Assembly (NCBI GenBank): GCA_963827685.1
Contig: CAWHBU010000002.1
Coordinates: forward strand, 1,215,912-1,279,911
DNA length: 64,000 nucleotides
Origin: an uncultured delta proteobacterium
GTDB lineage: Bacteria > Desulfobacterota > BSN033 > UBA1163
Direction of reading: 5' to 3'
Part shown: positions 9,310 to 18,028 of the stretch, one piece after another
How the letters are laid out: every line of letters starts with the position of its first letter
Position numbering within the stretch: position 1 is the first letter of the stretch
The notes under the pieces: model-generated
What the model saw: only the letters and a program-made list of their open reading frames with translations
What the model was told of the DNA's origin: nothing
Databases searched by the model: none
Position numbers and translations under genes: made by a program

Positions 9310-9337
9310 ATTATATGCAAATAATTCTTTATGTCAA
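9310..9337 (-). promoter_or_regulatory. Sigma70 promoter of the cstA operon
   Basis: Minus strand TTGACA-N16-TATAAT. Confidence 0.7.
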
Positions 9338-9352
9338 CCCTCCGATTTACTC

Positions 9353-9463
9353 GGGTTGACCCTGCACTTCGATAGACTCGGTGTCCTGAGTTTGCCGAAG
9401 GAAGCAGCGCTTGCTTCACCATCCTAAACGACAAAGCTGAGCGCCGTCGAATGGGTCAAACCC
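9353..9463. repeat. REP/MITE-like palindromic element
   Basis: Terminal GGGTTGACCC / GGGTCAAACCC and internal hairpin CTTCGATAGACTCGG...CTGAGTTTGCCGAAG. Confidence 0.45.
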
Positions 9464-9467
9464 AAAA

Positions 9468-9659
9468 TTATTCGAAACACCCCAGCTGGCACTGGCTGAT
9501 TTTGACCTTCATCTCATTCAAGATCTTTCCCATCTCCCTCTTAGAAATTCCAAAATCTTCAGCGATCTTAAAGCACATGGCACAGGGAAGTTTTCCGTCC
9601 TTGGCTTTTTCCTTGATCGCTTCCTCTATCTTTTTTCGATCCATAATGAGCTCCGTCAC
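9468..9659 (-). CDS. Small Cys-containing hypothetical protein
   Basis: 63 aa, GKLPCAMCFKIA...KISQCQLGCF. Confidence 0.75.
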   Translation of the reverse strand: MTELIMDRKKIEEAIKEKAKDGKLPCAMCFKIAEDFGISKREMGKILNEMKVKISQCQLGCFE

Positions 9660-10201
9660 CCCCTCCCTTTCCCTCCCCCCTCGAGGGGGAGGGGTGGGGT
9701 GGGGGGCCTGGAAATATAAATCCCATATTCAAATCCATCCACCAACGCCAGAAAGGAGGCTTTATTAATATTCTCCGAAAATGCTTTCACCCTCCACGCC
9801 TCTTTTCCATTGCTAAACAGAATCTCCACCTCCACACCCGCTGCGGTTCCGGCACCCGGATCGAAGATTCTGGAACTGAAATCGACCAGTTTCACCCCAT
9901 CAATCTCAGGGAAGATCGATTTGAGTGATTTTTTCAATACCTTGGCTAAGGCATCCACCGGGCCCACCCCTGTGTCTGCTTCGTGCATCTCTTTTCCATT
10001 GGCCCGAAGCATAATGGTTGCCTCAGGTTGGATGCCATCGTCAATCAGTCGATAATTACCGATGATCTCAAAATGGGGTTTATAGCTGGCCATCGACCTT
10101 AAAAGATTTAGAATCTTTGTCGCATCCTTGATTTTTTCCTCGACCAATGTTTCCCCCTGTAAAATAATGCCCATTACAATCGGATTTATACGAAATGTCA
10201 A
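9656..10201 (-). CDS. Stand-alone LeuA/CimA allosteric (regulatory) domain protein
   Basis: EATI...GVGPVDALAKVL...LVDFSSRI...GTAA...SENINKASFLALVDGFEY; no catalytic barrel. The C-terminus runs into a C/G palindrome. Confidence 0.8.
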   Translation of the reverse strand: MTFRINPIVMGIILQGETLVEEKIKDATKILNLLRSMASYKPHFEIIGNYRLIDDGIQPEATIMLRANGKEMHEADTGVGPVDALAKVLKKSLKSIFPEIDGVKLVDFSSRIFDPGAGTAAGVEVEILFSNGKEAWRVKAFSENINKASFLALVDGFEYGIYISRPPTPPLPLEGGGKGRG

Positions 10202-10352
10202 GAAAAATTATAACATGAAAAATTATAACATGGGAATCGACGAAAGATGCTATTTGACCGTGACTCGTCTCCGTGTTATTTAAAGTAAAGTAAAAAATGT
10301 TTTACGGTCAAGGGCGCGAGACACGGATCACATTTTGGAGAGGATTGCTAAA

Positions 10353-11231
10353 ATGAGACTCGGCGGGGTCATGCCACCCATTACCACACCTTTTCAAGAT
10401 GGGAAATTGGCTTCGAATAAACTCAAAAATAATTTTCAAAAATGGAATAAAGCAGGTCTTTCCGGTTATCTCGTCCTTGGATCAAACGGTGAGGCGGTCT
10501 ATTTAAATGAGAAAGAGAAAATAAAAGTCGTCGAAGTCTCAAGGGCATCTATCCCCAGATCAAAGATTATGATGGTTGGAACAGGGATGGAATCGACTCA
10601 GGAGACCATTCGCTTTACCGGTCAAGTGGCGAAGATGGGGGCGGATATCGCTCTCGTAGTCACTCCATCCTATTTCAAGGGATCGATGAAGCCCCAGATT
10701 TTATATGATCATTTTGTTGCTGTCGCAGAATCTTCCCGAATTGAAATTCTCCTTTACAACGTCCCACAATTTACTGGAATCAACTTAGAGTCGGAATTGG
10801 TCGCTAAGCTTTCTGAACATTCCAATATCGTCGGGATGAAAGACAGTTCAGGGAATATCGGTCAATTGAGTGAAATCATTCATCTCTCTAAGAAGGGATT
10901 TGCCGTCTTCGTAGGGTCAGCACCTGTATTCTTCCCCGCCCTTTGCGTAGGGGCGGTGGGCGGAATTCTGGCTGTGGCAAATGTGGTTCCTCAAGAATGC
11001 GTCCAGATTCAAAGCCTTTTTGATAAAGGGAAAATGAATGAGGCCAAGGCATTACAAAATCAACTAACCTCCTTGGCCAAAGCAGTGACAACAAAATATG
11101 GCATCGGCGGTTTAAAAATCGCGATGGATCTGGCAGGATACTTTGGTGGAAATCCACGACTTCCTTTAAAAAGACCGAGCAAGGAAGCTGAAGAAGAATT
11201 GAAACGACTATTCCTTCATTCGAAAGGTTGA
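10353..11231 (+). CDS. Dihydrodipicolinate synthase family aldolase (HOGA-like)
   Basis: GSNGE, LLYNVPQFTG and Schiff-base GMKDSSG motifs; GSNGE rather than GTTGE suggests a non-DapA member. Confidence 0.88.
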   Translation: MRLGGVMPPITTPFQDGKLASNKLKNNFQKWNKAGLSGYLVLGSNGEAVYLNEKEKIKVVEVSRASIPRSKIMMVGTGMESTQETIRFTGQVAKMGADIALVVTPSYFKGSMKPQILYDHFVAVAESSRIEILLYNVPQFTGINLESELVAKLSEHSNIVGMKDSSGNIGQLSEIIHLSKKGFAVFVGSAPVFFPALCVGAVGGILAVANVVPQECVQIQSLFDKGKMNEAKALQNQLTSLAKAVTTKYGIGGLKIAMDLAGYFGGNPRLPLKRPSKEAEEELKRLFLHSKG

Positions 11232-11617
11232 TATCTCCTGCTTATCTTTTTCGAAGTTTCATCAGACCGGTTACATCACTCTTCGCCTCGCAAGCTGAAG
11301 ATCCTACAACCTTTTCATCGAATATTTCTGTGGTTAGGGTTCCCGATGACACCGCTCGGGGGGAAACGAACTCTTTGCTCCTTCCTGTGGCCTAATATAT
11401 TCCCCGATAGCTGATTCATCTAACCGCGCCGTCATATGCCGAACGGGGCTCAGGCCGGAGGCTCAGCCGGCCTGCCGCAGGCAGGGGCTAACCCTGAGTG
11501 GCCCTCTAAACGGTGTCCTAAAGGGTAAGATCTAACGCCCTTGAATGGCTCAATTGCTGTTTCCGATCCACTCTGTTATAATTTTTTTTAAATTTGAGAA
11601 ATTGAAAGGAGGGCTTT

Positions 11618-12115
11618 ATGGGAACAAAAACCGAAGGAAATTTGAAAGAGGCATTTGCAGGGGAATCTCAGGCCAATCGAAAATATCTCGCCTTTGCGAA
11701 GAAGGCAGATGAGGAAGGATATTCACAAGTGGCTAAACTTTTCAGGGCGGCGGCTGAAGCAGAAACCGTCCACGCCCATAGCCACCTTCGAGTTTTGAAA
11801 GGGATCAAATCGACAAAAGAAAATCTTCAGGAGGCCATCGGTGGCGAAACCCATGAGTTCAAAAGCATGTACCCCGGGATGATCGAAGCGGCAAAGTCAG
11901 ACAAGAATGATGCAGCCTTCCGAACATTTAATTTCGCTAATCAGGTGGAGAAAATCCACGCTGCTTTATACTCAAACGCCTTGGAGAAACTGGGGAAAAA
12001 TGAAGTCGTGGATTATTATGTCTGCCCTGTTTGCGGCAATACGGTTGAAAAGGCACCGCCGGATAATTGCCCGATCTGCGGGGCTCCAGGCAAGAGTTTT
12101 ATGAAAATTGCCTGA
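11618..12115 (+). CDS. rbr: Rubrerythrin
   Basis: AFAGESQANRKY, EAETVHA, VEKIHA and CPVCG...CPICG; GAAAGGAGG RBS. Confidence 0.95.
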   Translation: MGTKTEGNLKEAFAGESQANRKYLAFAKKADEEGYSQVAKLFRAAAEAETVHAHSHLRVLKGIKSTKENLQEAIGGETHEFKSMYPGMIEAAKSDKNDAAFRTFNFANQVEKIHAALYSNALEKLGKNEVVDYYVCPVCGNTVEKAPPDNCPICGAPGKSFMKIA

Positions 12116-12225
12116 TCATGATTCCGTCGGGGTGATGGGGGGATGAGGAGATAAGGCGAGCAGAACTTTCTCCTCACCTCTCTATCTCCCCAATCTGTCT
12201 GCAAGCGAATGATTTTTTCTAAGAT

Positions 12226-12942
12226 ATGAAAACCTATTCCCTTCATCCCGAATCGATTCGAAGCCTCTTCAATAACATCGCCCCCACCTACGATTTCCTC
12301 AATCATCTTCTCAGCCTGGGAAGGGATTTTTATTGGAGGAAAACGGCGGTCCAGGAGCTGAAGGGGCTTGAAGGCTGGATATTGGATATTGCTACTGGAA
12401 CAGGGGATGTCGCCATTGAGATTACCCATCACAATGATCATCGAAGGAAGGTCTTCGGATTGGACTTCTCCGAACCTATGATTAAAAAGGCACAGCGAAA
12501 GGTCCTGAAAAAAGGTCTGTCACAAATAATCACATTGAGCCTTGGTGATGCCCTCTCCCTTCCTTTTCGAGACAATAGCTTTAGCGCTTCGATGATCGCC
12601 TTTGGTCTGAGGAATATTGTGGAGAAAGAACAGGCCCTTTCCGAAATGGTCCGGGTGATCAAAAGGGGTGGAAGGGTAATTGTCTTAGAATTCACTTTTC
12701 CCAAAAAGGGATTGATGAGAAAATTATATCCGATCTATTTTCAAAGAGTCCTTCCTCGGGTGGGAGGTTTCGTCTCCGGCGATCAAGGAGCCTACGCCTA
12801 TCTCCCGGAATCGGTTTCCCATTTTGCATCCGCAGAAAATTATGAGGAGATCATGAGGAAAGTCGGTTTGGAAAATGTGGGCTCCCAATCATTGACCGGT
12901 GGAGTAGCCTCCGTTATCTCAGGAACAAAAAAGTGTTCATGA
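12226..12942 (+). CDS. ubiE: Demethylmenaquinone/ubiquinone C-methyltransferase
   Basis: YDFLNHLLSLG, LDIATGTGD, AFGLRN, AYAYLPESV. Confidence 0.92.
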   Translation: MKTYSLHPESIRSLFNNIAPTYDFLNHLLSLGRDFYWRKTAVQELKGLEGWILDIATGTGDVAIEITHHNDHRRKVFGLDFSEPMIKKAQRKVLKKGLSQIITLSLGDALSLPFRDNSFSASMIAFGLRNIVEKEQALSEMVRVIKRGGRVIVLEFTFPKKGLMRKLYPIYFQRVLPRVGGFVSGDQGAYAYLPESVSHFASAENYEEIMRKVGLENVGSQSLTGGVASVISGTKKCS

Positions 12943-13382
12943 TCCGGCCTTTCTCTCTCCCCGATTTAGGTTCCATTCTCCAAATCGAAAGTCAATCCTT
13001 TCCCAAGTCGCCCTACGATCGGACAACTTTCCTCAACCTCCACTACCTCTATCCGGAAACTTTTCTGGTTTATGTCAACACAAAGCATGGCCAAAAGGAA
13101 GAGGAGATTTTAGGATATGTCATCTTCTCTCGGGACGGGCATATTATCTCGATTGCCGTTCATCCCCGGTATCGAGGAGAAGGCATTGGAACCCGACTCC
13201 TCCAGAGGGTGATGAAGACCCCTCATCTTAAAAAGGTGTGGGCTGAGGTGAGGAGAGGCAATCAGGGAGCCCAAGCCTTTTATTCCAAGATGGGATTTCA
13301 AATTACGGGTATGGTCTCGAACTACTACGGAAATGAAGATGCCCTGATTATTCAATGGACTCCTGACATCCCTGAATCTTAG
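12939..13382 (+). CDS. rimI: RimI-like GNAT N-acetyltransferase
   Basis: HIISIAVHPRYRGEGIG, EVRRGN, YYGNEDA; ATGA overlap with ubiE. Confidence 0.85.
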   Translation: MIRPFSLPDLGSILQIESQSFPKSPYDRTTFLNLHYLYPETFLVYVNTKHGQKEEEILGYVIFSRDGHIISIAVHPRYRGEGIGTRLLQRVMKTPHLKKVWAEVRRGNQGAQAFYSKMGFQITGMVSNYYGNEDALIIQWTPDIPES

Positions 13383-13422
13383 CGAATTCCAGATAGTCAG
13401 TCTCCGGACGAATCACTCCGAA

Positions 13423-13872
13423 CTATCTTGAAAACCTCACGACATCCCCTGCTTTGATGCCATGGGAAGAGAACCAACCTTTATTCATCTCTAAACCATA
13501 GAGGATGGGTCTGGGGGGGACATGGGAATCTACAGTCAGAGGTTTCATATCGGTGATCCAAACAATCCGGCCATCTTTGTCGATAAAGGCGATGCTGAGG
13601 GGGATAATGGTATCTTTCATCCAAAACCCGTGATAGTCTTCTGTTTCGAAGATAAAGAACATTCCCTCATCTCTACCCAAATGTTTTCGGCCCATCAATC
13701 CATGGTTCCTCTCTTCTGGACTCTTGGCGACCTCCACCCAGATTTCTTTCTCGTGGATGTAAAGAGGAATTTTCAGGATTCTCTGAGAATGCGCAATGGG
13801 AATCCAGACCCAAAACAGTATGAAAAGGATCCCTTCAATCTTCCGGACCAGATATCCCCTTCCCTTTTCCAT
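13423..13872 (-). CDS. DUF192 family protein
   Basis: VEVA...GLMGR...GMFF...FWMKDT..PLSIAFID...LEMNKG. Confidence 0.9.
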   Translation of the reverse strand: MEKGRGYLVRKIEGILFILFWVWIPIAHSQRILKIPLYIHEKEIWVEVAKSPEERNHGLMGRKHLGRDEGMFFIFETEDYHGFWMKDTIIPLSIAFIDKDGRIVWITDMKPLTVDSHVPPRPILYGLEMNKGWFSSHGIKAGDVVRFSR

Positions 13873-14065
13873 CCCAATCCCTTTCTACAAGCTGATCGAC
13901 GAGGTTCCGAATTTCATCCTTGATCTTGCCCGTATTCCACTGGATGAATAAAACCCAGAGGGGAAGGAGAAGCCAAAGAATCAAAAGAATGCTCAAGAAA
14001 ACAACCACTACAATGGCGATCCCAAAAGGAAGTTCTTTAAAGATCTGTTCAATATACCATTCCAT
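13835..14065 (-). CDS. Small membrane protein
   Basis: 76 aa with one long hydrophobic segment; AAGGAGG upstream. Confidence 0.6.
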   Translation of the reverse strand: MEWYIEQIFKELPFGIAIVVVVFLSILLILWLLLPLWVLFIQWNTGKIKDEIRNLVDQLVERDWDGKGKGISGPED

Positions 14066-14132
14066 TCCCGTCCATACCTCCTTTAATTAATCCCCAGACC
14101 AAGAAGGTTTCATAATTCCTGGATCAGACATA

Positions 14133-14226
14133 CTCAGATTTCAAATCCCAAATCAACGTGATTTAAGATTTCAGATTTTAGATTTCTGCTTTTCAATCTG
14201 CAATCTGCCATTTGCAATCTGCAATT
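14133..14226. repeat. Inverted degenerate 7-nt tandem repeats
   Basis: GATTTAA-GATTTCA-GATTTTA-GATTTC facing CAATCTG-CAATCTG-CCATTTG-CAATCTG-CAAT. Confidence 0.65.
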
Positions 14227-14228
14227 TC

Positions 14229-14522
14229 TTATCGGGGTCGCTCCCCTTTTAATTGTCTACTCAGTTTCTCATTGACCTTTAAGATTTGATCCACATCTGA
14301 ACCGGTCAGTTCCCAGGAATAGCTATCCTTGCCGTCTTTCTTCAGTTTAATCTTTACCTCCGGAGGAAAAGGTTGCTCCTTTTCAACCTTTTCCTTTTCC
14401 ACAACGACCTTCGGAACCGGTGGACTCTCTGATTTGCCTTGTGGAGGAACGGATTTCTTCTCACAAGCGATGAGGGAAAAAATTAACACCGCAGAGACGA
14501 TAAATATCTTCTTCATACTCAT
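14229..14522 (-). CDS. Putative lipoprotein
   Basis: Signal peptide ending in LIAC lipobox, Pro-rich linker. Confidence 0.7.
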   Translation of the reverse strand: MSMKKIFIVSAVLIFSLIACEKKSVPPQGKSESPPVPKVVVEKEKVEKEQPFPPEVKIKLKKDGKDSYSWELTGSDVDQILKVNEKLSRQLKGERPR

Positions 14523-14543
14523 TGTGTTCCTTGTGCGAAGGGA

Positions 14544-16078
14544 TCAGTCCTCTTTTAGGAACAGCCGGCATCCTTTCACAAATTCTTCTTTGCTACGGGC
14601 GTCTTTGGGGTAAGAATAAGTTCTGAACTGAACGTCTATCCCTTTCGGAATATAATTTCCCTGGGTCAATTTCACTTGAACCCTTTCACCAATCTCCTTG
14701 GCCAACTTCTTATCGTTAAAAGAAAAAATATAAACCGCGTTGTTTTGGAAAGGAATCACCGTGTCCACCGAGCGAACCATCTTCTGGAGGGCATACATCA
14801 CCCCTTCCCAAGACTCGTGGCTGAGCGCAGATTCCCGTTTGGTCCTCTGTTCCCAAAAGTCCACTCGAATCATTGAAAACGGGGCCTTATCTCTTTCCGC
14901 TTCTTCGAGCATTGGATTGAGAACGAGGCTAGAGATAGTCTCCATCCTAAACACGGGAACGGTGAAGACAAAGGAGGCACCACTTCCAGACTTGCTCTCC
15001 GCTTGGATATAACCCTGGTGTCCTTCAACGATTTCCTTGGTGATGGCAAGTCCCAGCCCTGTCCCCGCGATGAGTCCTGTCTGGGTTCTTCTCCCTTGAT
15101 AGAAACGGTCAAATACTTTGAGCAAGTCTTCTGGGGAAATCCCCACCCCTGTATCCGTCACCACAATCTTCAAATAATCCCGCTTCTCGGTGAGTCCCTT
15201 CGAATCAATGGTGACCTTCCCTCCCGGAGGGGTGAACTTGATTCCATTGCCAATGAGGTTGATAAAAACCTCCACTAATCGATTACGATCAACTAAAACA
15301 AGTGGGGAATCCGGATCGAGCCGATTTTCAAGGGTGATCCTCTTTTCCTCCAACTGCTGAGAAAAAGTCATAACGGCATCCTCGACAACCTCCATCAGAC
15401 GAGTCGGCTCGAACTTCAGTTTCAAACCCTTTCCGGATTCGATCCTGGAGAAATCAAGGAGGGTTTCGATCAGATTCGTCAGGCGTATAATATTCTTATG
15501 GGCAATACCTAAATATTCTTTCTGATCTTCGGTGAGAGCTCCCACATGTCCTTCCAGCATGAGGGAGATAAATTCCTTGATGACGGTCAGGGGGGTTCGC
15601 AGTTCATGGGAAACACTGGAAACGAAGGTGGACTTCAATTGGTCGAGCCGTTTCAGTTCTTCATTGGCCTTCTCCAATTCCGCCGATTTCTGAGTGAGAT
15701 CCGCAATCAGATCCTTCTCACGGATCACTCGCTTCAATTTTGCCCTCATCTCGTCGATGGTGAACGGTTTAGCGATGTAGTCCGCGGCTCCCACACCGAC
15801 CACATCTGTATAAGTATAGGAGCCTCCATGGGCGGTCATACAGATGATATAGGTACCCGGGAATTGATCCTGCGCCGCCTTCATCAATTCAAATCCATCC
15901 ATCTCCGGCATCTTAATGTCCGTGATCATGATGCTGCAGGCCCCTTCTTTAAAATCTCTAAAGCCTCTCTCCCATTTCCAGTGGTCACCACCTCATAGCC
16001 AATATGGTTGATGATTTTAGAAACCATCTCCCGAACGGTCTCTTCATCATCCACCACCAAAATTTTTTCCTTTTCCAC
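14544..16078 (-). CDS. Receiver + histidine kinase hybrid protein, interrupted by a -1 frameshift at about 15950
   Basis: GTG 16078 frame reads MEKEKILVVDDEETVREMV...REALEILK and then stops; the -1 frame continues ...CSIMITDIKMP...SHELRTPL...NGIKFT...DTGVGI...GTGLGL. Confidence 0.85.
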
Positions 16079-16215
16079 CTTGGGATTCCTTTCAACCTTG
16101 ATTTAAGAAAGAATATTCCTTTTCCCTAACAATTTCAACAAAATTGTGGCCCCTTCTCCCGCGTCGTCCTCGAAGCCGCCGTCTGCCTTCAGGCAGAGGG
16201 ATAGACATGGGGGGA

Positions 16216-17286
16216 TTACCTCCCTTCCATCTCCTTCTTCCAAGCAGAGAAGAAAGTCCAGAACTTCCCAGAGGTCCCCGGGGGGAGATTAAGAAAATGA
16301 ATTCCAGGGGGAATGGTTTCCTCAAAGAAATGCTGGTTCATCTCTTTGACCTCCTTGTAAAAAAGTCCAAGGGCCCTGGCCACCTCCATAATGGGAAGAG
16401 GTTGGGTCAACTCAATCTGAACTCTCTCCACCTGAAGGGGGCTGTAATACTGCTTCTCCTCGATGCTATATCCATATTTTCCTGGATCGGAAAGGATGAT
16501 TTTAGCCACTGCGACCTTATAGACATACCGTTCTGTCTCCAAAGGAAGATCAAGATAAAAATAATTCATCGTCTTTTGAAGATCGATCTCTTTTCGAACT
16601 CTATTTTCCCCTGCATTATAGGCGGCCATCGAAAGCGTCCAACTTTTGAATTCTTCGTAGAGGCTTCCCAGATAGGAAAGAGCGCCTTCGGTGGCCTTGA
16701 AAAAATCAAACCGCTCATCAATGCTTCGGTTCTTCCTCATCCCATATTTCTCGCCGGTGGAGGGGATGAATTGCCAGATTCCTGCTGCTCCGGATGAGGA
16801 GACGGCTTCAGGTCGAAGGCTGCTTTCTGTGATAGTCACATATTTCAGATCATCGGGAAGTCCCATCTCTTTCAACCTCTTCTCAATAAGAGGAAAATAT
16901 CGCCGTGCTCGCTTCATCCATAAAAGGACTTGGGCTTCGTTGGACAATGCCAGAAGGAATTCCCGATCCAGATGTTCCCAGACATTCCTATCTCCCAACG
17001 GAAAATGCTCTCCGCAGAGAGAAACCTCTTGGGGAAGTTTATAGGTGGTGAGAGAAGGACGGGCTTGACCACTGTTCAAGCGGTATCCCAAATTGGCCAC
17101 CTCTGATCGAAGGCTGGAAACAGATTGTTCCAACGTTTTCAATCTCTCCAACAAGGCATCATTCTTCTCTGAGGATTCACCCCGAACGGCTATCTTCTCG
17201 GGCTCCGTCTGTACGGATTGACCTGTGGCACAACTGAGAAGAAAACCAACCAACAAAACGGAAATGATCATCTTTGCCTTTTTCAT
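16216..17286 (-). CDS. Lytic transglycosylase lipoprotein (MltD-like SLT domain)
   Basis: LLSC lipobox; TESSL, GAAGIWQF, AAYNAGE, ETERYV. Confidence 0.9.
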   Translation of the reverse strand: MKKAKMIISVLLVGFLLSCATGQSVQTEPEKIAVRGESSEKNDALLERLKTLEQSVSSLRSEVANLGYRLNSGQARPSLTTYKLPQEVSLCGEHFPLGDRNVWEHLDREFLLALSNEAQVLLWMKRARRYFPLIEKRLKEMGLPDDLKYVTITESSLRPEAVSSSGAAGIWQFIPSTGEKYGMRKNRSIDERFDFFKATEGALSYLGSLYEEFKSWTLSMAAYNAGENRVRKEIDLQKTMNYFYLDLPLETERYVYKVAVAKIILSDPGKYGYSIEEKQYYSPLQVERVQIELTQPLPIMEVARALGLFYKEVKEMNQHFFEETIPPGIHFLNLPPGTSGKFWTFFSAWKKEMEGR

Positions 17287-18028
17287 TTCTTTTACCTCAA
17301 GAAGAAAAAATCACTCTCCATTTTCATTACCATAATTTTCCCTCCAGATGCAAGCACCGGTTTTCCTCTCGCCGCCCCCACTCAAATGCATCGACTTCCT
17401 TCAATGCGCAACGTACACTACGGACAGTTGCCTCCCATAAGTATATTGGTATAGGGTGTGTACTCCTCGCTTATTGGGATTTGATTTATCCAAAATCTTC
17501 CCAAGAGGATAAGACCTCTCCCTTTTTATGCCAAACATTTTATACCATAACCTGTCCGCCGAACAAGTTCTTCGGCAGGCGGGGGCTTCGGGCGGGTCAT
17601 CCGCCAGTTAGAGTAAGCGACATCGGCCGCAGCACTTCGAATTGCATTCATCCACATGTGAAACCCGTCCCGGGCGCTGAGGCGCTCCGCCTGCCTGCGC
17701 GAAGTCCCGCGCTTGCGGGACGAAGGCAGGACGCACAGGCCTGGTCTTCTGGAAACGCGGACAAAAAAAAGCCCTACATATCCTCTCCATTTGGGTGGGG
17801 TTTGGATGGTGGGAGTCAGAGAATATATAGGGCTTAAGAACTTAGATTATTGTTTTAGGCAGGGAGTCGGGTGCACAAAACCTCCGATGTTCGCAGTCTC
17901 CCATTCTAAGCAGTCATCAGTCCTTTTTAAAAATACCTCCTCTTCAAATCGAAGTGTTTTTTTCTTTCTTCTTCGGATAGAATCTATGTCGCTCACTCAG
18001 GCTTACTGCCACAACAAAGAATCCCCTC

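Noticed and set aside
10353-11231. Calling the aldolase dapA
   Set aside because: GSNGE instead of GTTGE and no lysine-pathway neighbours; only the family is supportable.
17551-17770. Element as 6S RNA, tmRNA, RNase P RNA or group II intron
   Set aside because: No diagnostic terminal or catalytic motifs were recognised on either strand.
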